Source: Auanema rhodensis | Lineage: Eukaryota; Animalia; Nematoda | Direction of reading: 5' to 3' | DNA: 64,000 nt | Assembly: GCA_964057225.1 (NCBI GenBank) | Contig: OZ059899.1 | Location: 11,966,001 to 12,030,000, forward strand | In this document: positions 1 to 15,968 of the stretch, in pieces | How the letters are laid out: each line of letters starts with the position of its first letter | Position numbering within the stretch: the first letter of the stretch is position 1 | Program-made: the position numbers and the translations under genes | Notes under the pieces: model-generated | The model's input: only the letters and a program-made list of their open reading frames with translations | Told to the model about the DNA's origin: nothing | The model's database searches: none

Positions 1-163
1 TTAATTTAAAATACTTGATATAACTTGAATGTTAAATACATTTATATATATCCAATAAATCTTCACTTCTTATCTTCAATTATTTTTTTTGCTGCAAATG
101 TATATTTTCATTGTTATATCTCTGCCTTTTCTTTAAAAGTATCTTATTTTTATTTAAATTAGG

Positions 164-1009
164 ATGGGGAGAAAGGCTTGCGATGAAGCCGCTGTTGGGC
201 GAGCCCGACGTGGAAGACCGAGCAAGCATAAAAAAGATGACAACGTAACTAGAACTGGTTTCGATGGTCACTCAACCCCACCTTGGTAAGAACCACAATA
301 TTTTTGCACTATAGGATATCCATTTAAGGAGAAAAACGGTATCAGTTTATAAACAGCCAGTAACACTCGTTATGACAACAAGTAAGGATACTAAAAGAGG
401 TCCACAAGAAGATAAAATGAAAAAGACTACTAACAAATCCGAGTTTAAGCCCTTTCCAGTTTGTTTACCACTATTCTTCTTGTTTAATAATGATATGTTA
501 GGTTTTATGGGCCAAATCCTTGGAAGGTTTATCTTCATGTACCCCACTTAATGTAGCTGACAAGGTATACTTATCATTGTACACATTTTGACAAAAAAAT
601 TTAGTTGGATTTGAAAAAAGTCGAATATACTTCTGATCACTTACAAGTAGTTGGGAAGATGGATAAAGCATGTAACGTTATGGATGATGTATCAACGGCT
701 GCTTCCCTATTTAATACTTTGCACAACCCATTGCAACCAGGGTTTGATTGACACATTTTGCCAGTTTATATCAAGATTTTGCAGAGCATTTGGACAAAAA
801 GCCGATAAGGAAAAACTAGATAGTAATATTTGTTTACATGTAAATCCTGATCAGCCTATGCTAACGGTTTGAATTTTACTAGTTTGCATTGAACTTATTT
901 TCACTCATTCTAGGCGATTACAATATCTTCCGAAGAAATTCTTCACCAAGAAAAGCGAGTGTTAGATGCTCGAAAACGTTTGCAAGAAGTACTGAAACAT
1001 TTTGGATAA
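164..1009 (+). CDS. mbd-2: MBD2/3 family NuRD subunit (nematode type, lacking the methyl-CpG-binding domain); 5 exons
   Basis: The spliced translation contains RKTVSVYKQPVT, VLWAKSLEGL, NPDQPML and EEILHQEKRVLDARKRLQEVL. These match the MBD2/3 MBDa and C-terminal coiled-coil motifs (RQTASIFKQPVT, LFWEKRLQGL, IRKQEERV..RKKLEEAL). ATG at 164 follows an AG acceptor; TAA ends at 1009. Confidence 0.88.
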
Positions 1010-1310
1010 TAATTTACTTCAATTGGGTCTCTTACGCATATTCATATAATTTTGTAACATTTTGTATATATTGTTTGTATTCCTAACTTATTCGTGCACG
1101 TGTGCAGATAGTTCTGAACGTAGGTGCCAATTTTTTTATTGAATGTGACTTGTACATCACCCAATTTCCGTTCTTATATATAACTTGTTGTAATTTGTAA
1201 TAAATCCATCTTCTAAACGATCCACATATTATTTTACCGATTGTAAATAGAAAGCTGGTTGTTTTTATAAACGTGAATGCACGTGATGTTTCACGTTACA
1301 CGTAGATGTA

Positions 1311-1321
1311 GAGTATATAAG
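1311..1321 (+). promoter_or_regulatory. TATA box of the MSP-domain gene
   Basis: GAGTATATAAG lies about 45 bp upstream of the ATG at 1363 and resembles the nematode GTATA(TA)AA TATA consensus. Confidence 0.6.
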
Positions 1322-1362
1322 CTCAAAAAGAAGTAATATTCATCATTTTCACACCAAGCGAA

Positions 1363-1820
1363 ATGGCCTCTGTTGAGCCAAAATGTGCCCAATTCCCAGC
1401 AAATGGTGGAGTTGTTTCCCTTACTGTTACCAACCCAACTGGAGACCGGCTAGCTTTCAAGGTACTTAGAGACTAAGACGACACCATTAACAAAGGTTGA
1501 GATTTAAGGTTAAATCTTCAAATAACGCTCTCTTCACAGTCGGACCAGTGTATGGATTTGTTAACCCTGGTGAAAATGCAACTATTCAAGTTACCAGCAA
1601 AGGACCTTTGACCAAGGAGGAGAAAAAAATTGTCCAGTTTATTAATGCTGCCGGAGTCTCCGATGCTGCTGTCGCTTTTAATGGAAAGACTCCTCAATCG
1701 TCTGTAACTGTTCAATGTGTCATGGAAACCGCTGCCCCAGCTCCAGCCCCTGAGCAAGATCCTAACATGCCACCTCCTGATGCAGGTGCAGTGGAACAAG
1801 GTCAACCAGAAGAAAATTAA
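1363..1820 (+). CDS. MSP (major sperm protein)-domain protein, SSP-like, with a Pro/acidic tail; 2 exons
   Basis: MASVEPKCAQFPANGG...NPTGDRLAFK|VKSSNNALFTVGPVYGFVNPG contains the MSP-domain signature (AFKVKSSNN..V.PVYGF). Intron is 1462-1508. Confidence 0.88.
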
Positions 1821-2186
1821 ATAATGGAATCAATGTCAGCAATGTAGAATTTAAAAATTTTGCAAAAGAAAAATAAAGTTTGCAAGCCACAATTTCAAAA
1901 TTATGCATCAAAGGATTTTAAAAAGATTTCCTTGATAACTCAAACCAGATTATATTATTCAAATTTTACTTGTTTTCAAAATTAGAAAACATACTAGAAT
2001 TACAAAACGTTATACAATTTATAATATCTTTGGGCTCATGTAGGGCTGCGTGGCGGGACTATTTTGTGTACGATCAGGATCCTTTAAATGAAAAATATTT
2101 GATGAAATTCCTTTTGTAAATTAAAGTATTTAAGGATTTTGAATTTTAAAAGCCTGTAATGCATTAAATTATAATTTAACTTTATA

Positions 2187-2233
2187 GAAATGCAATTTAT
2201 AGGAATGCAATTTCTATGGAAATGCAATTTCTA
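2187..2233 (+). repeat. 3x tandem ~15-16 bp repeat (G)AATGCAATTT(A/C)TA
   Basis: Three copies are directly visible just upstream of the TTTCAG acceptor (2256-2261) that precedes eIF2-gamma. Confidence 0.8.
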
Positions 2234-2304
2234 TAGTATAACAAAAATGATGAAATTTCAGGTCTTGGTCCACTTCAAAGATCTAAGAAGTTGTAACAGC
2301 AAAA

Positions 2305-4194
2305 ATGTCTGCAGGTTAGTGAGAACTGCTATTTTTTTAAGAAATAAAAAATTTATTTTTCCAATTATTGTTAAAACTTTTCTAGATCACCAAGAAGAGT
2401 CTCAGCCATGGTTGTCCAAACAAGATTTAGACAAAATTGGAGCAGAAAACCTCACACCCTTAACCTCTGAGGTAACACGGCATGGTTTTTTTTATTATTT
2501 TTTTTTTCAGGTTATTTCTCGTCAAGCTACCATTAATATTGGAACTATAGGACATGTAGCTCATGGAAAGTCCACTCTTGTAAAGGCTATCTCTGGAGTA
2601 CACACTGTCAAGTTCAAAAATGAATTGGAAAGAAATATTACCATCAAGTTGGGTTATGCTAATGCTAAAATTTATCGTTGCTCTAATGCTGAATGCCCTC
2701 GTCCTGGATGTTACAAGTAATTATTTTTTATTTTCTTCTGTAATTAAATAGTACATTTTTAGATCTGCTGGATCGTCAACTCCAGATGAGATTCCATGTG
2801 AACGTTCTGGATGCGCCGGAAAGATGCAGTGTGTACGTCATGTATCGTTTGTAGATTGTCCTGGTCACGACATTCTTATGGCTACTATGCTTAACGGAGC
2901 TGCTGTTATGGATGCTGCTTTTCTTCTTGTTGCAGGTTCAATTTTTGACAACTGCTTCCCTTAAGTTTTTTTTGTAGGAAACGAGCCATGCCCTCAGCCT
3001 CAGACTTCAGAACATTTGGCTGCTGTTGAAATCATGCAGCTTCAAAATCTGTTAATTCTGCAAAATAAGGTATTTTGTCAGCCTTGGCATGTTTAATGAT
3101 ATAAATATTTAAGGTTGATATTATTAAAGAATCCCAAGCTCGTGAACAATTTGATCAAATTAAATCCTTCGTGCAAGGAACTGTTGCAGATAGTGCCCCA
3201 GTCATTCCCATTTCAGCTCAGCTAAAATACAACGTTGATGTATGCACTTATAATTTTTACTTCATTATGTTTTCCGTATAGCTTGTTTGTGAATATTTGT
3301 GCAAAAAGGTCCCTGTACCTCTTCGTGATTTTACTTCTCCCGCTAGATTGATTGTTATTCGCTCCTTCGATGTTAACAAGCCTGGATCAGAAGTAGAAGA
3401 TCTTAAGGGAGGTGTTGCTGGAGGTTCCATTTTAAGAGGTAAGGATTATTAAACGTTTCCTTTTATGTTGAGTGTTTTAGGTATTCTTCGCGTCGGGCAA
3501 GAAATTGAAGTTAGACCTGGAATTGTATCAAAGTCGGCTGATGGAAAGGTTCAATGTAGACCTATTTATTCCAAGATTGTTTCGTTATTTGCTGAACAAG
3601 TTCAACTTCAATATGCCGTTCCAGGAGGTATTTTAAATTTTTAGTTTCTTTACGATTTCTTTTTATTTATTTAGGTTTGATCGGTGTGGGTACCAAGATC
3701 GATCCAACTTTGTGCAGAGGTGATCGCTTGGTAGGACATATTCTGGGTGCAGTAGGAACGTTGCCCGATATTTTCACTGAGATTGAAATCAACTACTATT
3801 TATTGAGAAGATTACTTGGTGTTAGAACCGAAGCTAATAAGAAGGCTGCTAAGGTTGTTGCATGGACAGGAGATAGATTCTTATTTTGTTTCATTTAGGT
3901 TCAAAAATTATCTAAGGGTGAAGTGCTGATGGTTAACATCGGATCTCTCTCTACTGGTTGCCGCGTACTTGCTGTTAAAGGCGAAGCTGCTAAGATTGCT
4001 CTTACTGATCCAATTTGTACTGAAGTATGTTCTTATATCTTAGTTTGAACTTGATTATGTCTAAAACCTATTTCTTACAGGTTGGAGAAAAGATTGCTTT
4101 ATCTCGTCGTATTGAAAAACATTGGCGATTGATTGGATGGGGAACTATTAGAAAAGGAGTTACTATTCAACCCTTGAAACCTGAGCAACTTTAA
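2305..4194 (+). CDS. eif-2gamma: Eukaryotic translation initiation factor 2 gamma subunit; 11 exons
   Basis: Contains [65 protein letters not shown] and the C-terminal [17 protein letters not shown] is at 4192-4194. Confidence 0.98.
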
Positions 4195-4598
4195 ACGTTT
4201 TTTATGAATCGGCCTTTTGTATTGAGCTTTTCTTGTGTTGGCCTAAGCTGGTTTGTTTCTTGTTTTCTTTTTGGTACATTAGCAAAATTGCCCAGTTAAA
4301 AAACCCTTGTTCATGATCCCTTTGTAAGGTATTATTCTACCCATTCGATCTATATTTTATAGTCATCGGATGTGTTGGATCTGAATTGATCAAATAAATA
4401 TTTGGCGATTTTATTGTTGTTTGAAGGTGAATTTTGTTGTTATAGTTTTTTCAAGGTGATAAATAAAAATTTACATAATTACTGTTAATTGTATCTATCT
4501 ATATATTATGCAAAGACACTTTGATAAGCTTCTTCTTATCGCTCAAGGGTAAACCTGTTCGAAATTGATGAGCCATGCGGACGGCGTTTAAAATTTCA

Positions 4599-4611
4599 TT
4601 TTGGCGGGAAA
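4599..4611 (+). promoter_or_regulatory. E2F/DP (DREAM)-type binding site upstream of mcm-4
   Basis: TTTTGGCGGGAAA matches the E2F consensus (TTTCCCGC on the reverse strand). It lies about 110 bp before the mcm-4 ATG, and MCM genes are classic E2F targets. Confidence 0.7.
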
Positions 4612-4721
4612 TAAATGCGGGAGTTCACTGTGAAGGAAATCTAGGTGTCTTCTATTTTGCTGTTTTCTTTATGACATTGCTTTGATGAAATTAACTTAAT
4701 AAATTAATATATTTAAGGATA

Positions 4722-7979
<3,258 letters not shown>

Positions 7980-8564
7980 TTATAAGAACAAAATTTATAT
8001 ATCCATAAACAGTTTTAACTGAATTTTAATCTCGTTCGCAAGCTTCTTTTGTTTTATGTTGTAATTGTTGTCTGCGCCTTTGAATGATACTCATTACCGA
8101 CTGTAGAATGCGAATGTTTTGTACAATTTTGCAATCACGAAAAATAAATTGTTCCTAACATGATTATTGAGAAAAAAAATAATAATAGCAGTGGACTATA
8201 CTACAGACAACAGCTATTAGTTGATGTTCAGTAATATGTATCTGCAGTTGTTCGGGGTTTATAATTCAAAACTAACTGTATGTGGGAATTCGTCGTTTTC
8301 AAAAGACGTTTGTTTAAAATTGCAGAAGTTTGTTACTATTAGAAGTGATTTAGTGTTTGCAAAGTTCAATGACCTGATAAAAGAATTTTTATGCCAGAAA
8401 AATTGTTTACTACTTGCAATACGAAATATGAAGCTGCTATTATTGTGTGATAAAACATTAGTCTGACAACAGAATTTTAATCATTAAACCTTTTTAGTTC
8501 CAGTTTTTTATTTGTTTCTTGGAATTTTCATTCATTTATTGAAATTATAATTAGGCTAGGTAAC

Positions 8565-9081
8565 ATGATTGATATTGGAGCAGATGAGAGCTTATGTTCA
8601 AATTTAAAATCATTTTTGACAAAGTTGGAACAGATGAGGAAGGTTTGAAGAATGCTTTAGTCATTAAACTAGGTTTGTCATTTCAGTCGGATGATATCAT
8701 TGTTGTTGCCTTGAACAATGAGTTGCCGACGAAATCTTTTCCAGGTTGCGAAAAAAGTAGAAAAACGTGCGGCGAATTTCTGCTAAAAGCAAGTGTTTAA
8801 CGATGCTCTAGGAGTTATCTGTTATCATTGTAGGCAAAATCTTTGGAACAATGTAGAAACGCCCTTATCGATAAGTGTTTGACTTATTATGAGAACAAAA
8901 TTAGTTCGGCCCCAGAGCATGAGCTTAGATCTATTCGTGGAACGGTTACCTATTATTTGGGATTTAAATAGCTAAACGATTACTTCAGATTCGTCAAATA
9001 AAAGGACAAAAAGATGTTGAGGAAATTGTAAGCAGTAGAACGAACAAAGCAATAATGGAGCGTTGCGATCGTTTAGTATAG
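8565..9081 (+). CDS. CCDC58/MIX23 mitochondrial intermembrane-space protein; 4 exons, one GC-AG intron
   Basis: The spliced product MIDIGADESLCSNLKSFLTKLEQMRK-SDDIIVVALNNELPTKSF...TCGEF...RNALIDKC...DVEEIVSSRTNKAIMERC aligns by eye to CCDC58 motifs ([39 protein letters not shown]). Confidence 0.82.
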
Positions 9082-9254
9082 GAATATTATCTTTTTATAA
9101 AATGAAACGTTTACAACAAACCAGTTGTTTATTAATATATTTTTACACGTTCATATAAAATACCATCAATGCTATAACATTATTTACCAATAGAACGTAT
9201 GAAACATAAAAATCCGTAATGAAAGAGATCAAGCACGAATAATTGAATGTAAAA

Positions 9255-10622
9255 CTAATGTGAAAACTGCATTTTAAGATCATCCAGGTCGGGCAAGCCA
9301 ATGGGTGCTGCCCTATCCGTTCGCATTTGTATTATACGCTGCTGCTCCTAAAATCAACTTGTTAAATATAACTACATTATGAAATCAATAACCTGCAGAT
9401 TTGTAATTTTCCCATCACATAATAAAACTTCATGTTCTTGAACTGCGACCATGGCAGCAGCTTGTTTAACTTTCATCAATTCAGCAATAAGCTTATTTTC
9501 AACAGCCAATCCTTGAATAACAATATCGCTCTGAAACACATGGTGTATAAGCAGAAAAATGTTCAGATGTATACCATTTCCCCGTCGACTTCTAAATTCA
9601 ACTCTGTACGTTTTTTTTGAGCCAATTCAGCGTTGTAAAATCTCATCCAGGGTTCAGCTTCTTCGTCTTTCATCTATTTAATCATATAAATCATGCACAA
9701 TTTTATTTCAGGCAGAACCTTTTTAGGCGCTTGCTTCTCCTCAGACGGCGAACTTTCATGTTCTCGTTTTAATACTTTAGGTTGAACCTCCTCCTTCTCT
9801 TCTTTCACTTCTTTTTTGACTTCCTTCTCAATGATTGGTGTGATTTGAATTGGATGAGGTGGAGGAATAATTATAGGAACAGGCGGAACAAGAGTTGTGG
9901 GAGTACTCGGAGTTGCTGGTGATCGTTTGATATCTAATCTAACATCAATTGTATGTGTGATGTTAACTTGAGGCTGAAAGTAGATTGCGTGAGGGATCTT
10001 TGAGATAGGGAATGATATACCTTATATGGTTTGATAGGCGGCGGTAGCGGGCTATAGGGGGTCACAGGTGCTGGGGTGACGGGTGGACTAGAAATATCAA
10101 TCTTGATTCTAATGTCTAAATATCTTAACAGACGGAATAGATGGCGCAGCACGGGGAGGGGGTGGCACTGCTGGAGGTATTAACGGCATCGGAGGAAACT
10201 GTACCGGCGCTCCTGGAGGGAACGGTGGAGGATGAAACGGAGGAGGAGCTAAAGAATATATATTCTATGATTGATTTAGACGTATGTTGTACCAAAAGCT
10301 GGAAAACCAGGAGGCGGATGGAAAAAAGGAGGCATGAAGATTGGCGGTGGAGGAGGTGGTTGCATTACCTTAAAGATATTCATTCAACCCAATCTCCTCC
10401 ATCAGATTTATACCGTTATTTTCTGTTCATTACATAAGCGCTCCTGTTCAAGCTCAAAGTCCCTCCACTCTTTCGGTTTTTCCCATTGAGACACCTGAGT
10501 TACTAACATCTCAGACAAAGCAATTTAAGCTTGCCAACCTCTGTTTCCTTGTTGTAAAAATATTTCCTACCAGTGGAACTAAGTTGTTCAGACCATGGTC
10601 CGAACTCTTTCATCTCTTTCAT
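9255..10622 (-). CDS. WAC-like WW-domain adaptor with a Pro-rich middle and C-terminal coiled coil
   Basis: The N-terminal [29 protein letters not shown] closely resembles the WAC WW domain. The C-terminal ELMKVKQAAAMVAVQEHEVLL..KITNLQEQ resembles the WAC coiled coil. The start may be 10622 or 10613. Confidence 0.85.
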
Positions 10623-10914
10623 TTCATGAAGAACTTCTTAATTTCATTGCATAATAAATACATGCAATAGTTTGATATATATAGGTAATCAGATGATATA
10701 ACATCTTCTTATAGCATTCCCTTAATTTGTACAGAACACGTCCCAGTAAAACTTCGGACATAGGAGAGAAACAATTTTATAATCTCAACACGTCAGTTGC
10801 AAATATAACCAGTTCACTATCTAACTACAGAAAAAAAAGTAGCGAGAACAATTTATACTTACTCTTTACTCGCACTCTATAACAAATCAAAACTACAAAA
10901 ATTTAGTACACCGC

Positions 10915-13053
<2,139 letters not shown>

Positions 13054-13443
13054 CTCGAAGCCGGGAAGACCTCTACAAGCACTAGTTCAACCGTCAAAAC
13101 TGCCTCCTCAATGTGCTACCTATCACAGCAGAGAATGGCTGCGCCCGGGATCAACCACGAAAAGTTGGGTTACGGTATTCTTGGAAGACTGCCAATTATT
13201 CAAAGATTTTGTTTCTTTATCTATTTTTAAGGTTTTTTTAAACTTCGCTATATGAAATCATAATTTAGAATATAAATACCATAGTCGATGAGCAAAGTAC
13301 ACGATATCATAAAAACTTTAAATTTATTTTCCATTCACGTTTACAAACATATTTTCTTAAGTGTATATCAACACTACCAATATTTGGTTTCTGTGTTCTA
13401 AAGTATTCTTGTGTATTTCAATTTATTATTACAGTGAATTGAT

Positions 13444-15968
13444 ATGGATACTCAAGAATTACCAGAACCAACTTATGATGAGCCTATCCGAACTCAAGGT
13501 CCAGAACTTCCTCCTATTAGAGCTGATTTTGAAGTTGTATATATAACTGATACAAATAATATTTCACCACCTACTACTATTTCAAACGATATTGAATCTA
13601 AGCAAATTAACCATACATCTTCGAAAGAAGGTCCAAACAGTTCAAGGTTTGATTACAAGTATTAGGTATTTGGTATGCTGGGTGTTTAGTGAAGCTGAAG
13701 ATGGTGATAAAAGAATTAGACGGTCTACTAGGGATATTAGGAGGCCGAAATTTGACGATGAACTAGTAGAAAGTGGTGTAACACATCACTCCCCTAAGGT
13801 ATTATTTTGAAAATCATCCAGAAATGCATGTTAACATTCTAGAAAAGAACAAGCTCTGAACATTCAGCTGCTCCAGCTGAAGGACCATTACAGTAATTTT
13901 CCTTTAAAGCTGATAAGTTAATATTATATGATAATTCAGACCTGAAACCATTTGTTTACCTCCTGTAGCAAGCATACCTGAGACAGAACCACCCGTGGAG
14001 GTTCGTTTTTATTTCAAAAATAATATGACTTTCAAATATAGGAAAAGAAGGAGTCACCGATTAAACATACGTTACGGAAAAGAACAGCTTCAACAATAAG
14101 GGACCGTCAAGTATATTTTCTTTTTTGGAATGTTTATAATAAATTATTATCCAGGCTATGGAAGATGCCATGTATATAGAGGAGGCCGCAAGACAAGAAA
14201 AAAGAAAACGAGAAGCCCGCATAGCGAACAAGGATATACGTGCCAAAGTAGATTTTCAATCATTTATTTTAATATTTTTTTTGGTTAACTTAAATGCAAT
14301 ATTATTTATCTTGTTAAGGAACTTGCTGCTGCTAATGATGCAGCTAACGAAGCGCTATCTGCTGATAATTTGAAAACATGGACTAAAAATGATGATGTAG
14401 CTCTAATTACTGCTGTAACTCATGTAAGGTGTTTTCTACAATTTTTGAATCTAAATACTCTTTTAAGGTTTGTGATTTGAAAGTTGTTTTTGAGAATGTG
14501 GAATTCAGTAAGGATTATTCTTTGGTTGAAATTGAAGAGAGGTTTCTTGCTTTATTATACAATATTATCTTTACATACGTTGTTTCAGATGGTATCAGCT
14601 TATGTATGATGATGTTTTATCTCGCCAAGCAAAGAAAAGAATAAATGAAATGCAATTACACGATCTCATAAGAATTCAGGTACTACCTATAAAGAACTTA
14701 TATAACTTTGACCCGTTATCTTGATAGTCGAAGACTCCATTTTCCAAAAAAGAGGAAAACATTTTGTGTACAGTACCAAGTACTCCAATGCCAGAAATTA
14801 GCACGATGGAAGACTTATTGAGGTTGTTTCAATGTGTTATTTTTACTATTCATTTGTTAATTTATAGGAATCGTCCTGATGATTTCCATTCGGCTAGAAA
14901 TGCTCAAGTGCTTCTCGATCATTGGCATTTAATGAAAATGTAAGTTGACATTACGATTCATTAATATCATATTTACAATAATAACTTTCATTGTATAAAC
15001 AAAAGTAATAAGAACCGTGAATATCATACAATCGATGTGATACGAACATAGTTTTTGAGCAAAAAAGGGGGACGGGATTTATGCGGTGATGGTCAGGGTT
15101 GGAAAATGGGAGTTTTGCCTCATAAAATCACAAAATGAATGGGTAATAATGTTATTTTTAAAAACTCGCAATGATTTTATTTTGACAATAAACCACCCTA
15201 AAGATCCGTTATGTTTCATTGCCCAACATGCTATAAGTAAGAATTTCGAACGAGATTGTTTCCAAGCGTACATGAATAACAGAATTTAAAAAATTTAGAA
15301 GTGGAATTCTACCTATTTCACAACCACCTCCAGGACCCAACATAGCGCCAATTAATTGGGAACAAATTGAACAAACTGCTTCAGCGAGTATGATAAGAAT
15401 ATTAGCGGATTTTCAATCTTCTGATTATAGATGAGACTCATTTGGATGAGACCCGCAGTTTAAGAGCTGCAACAGCTTGTTCAATAGCGCAACAAAAATG
15501 GGCAAAGGTACGGAGGTTTTAAGCTGCTCAAAAATTTATACAATATTTCAGGTTGGTGTGGAACCTGTCACAGGAATCGCAAATGATTCTCAATTGGAAG
15601 ACAACGTAGTGGCTGTTATCCGAGGGCGAGTAGTACGGTTTCTAATAAGAACTGATAAAATAACTGTGGGACGATCCACTCATAAATCGAAGGTGGACGT
15701 TAATTTGGCACTAGAGGTTAGGCTTAAACTAGAAAATTTAGTACATTGCTACCTTATTCTATAGGGTCCTGCATTAAAAATCTCGCGTCGGCAAGCTATA
15801 ATAGAACGAGCACCAACTGGTGATTTTTCTATACTAAACATTGGTCGACGGCCGATACATGTGGATGGAAAAACGATTTCTTGTGATCAACGAACACAAC
15901 TAAGAGATGGTTCAGTGATAGAGATCTCTCTTCTTCGGCTCGTCTTCCGCGTAGCACACCATAATTGA
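13444..15968 (+). CDS. mcrs-1: Microspherule protein 1 (MCRS1; NSL/INO80 subunit, C-terminal FHA domain)
   Basis: Contains RRSTRDIRRPKFDDELV, WTKNDDVALITAV, IEERWYQLMYD, HWHLMK and the FHA region VIRGRVVRFLI..ITVGRS..VDVNLALEGPALKISRRQA. Confidence 0.92.
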
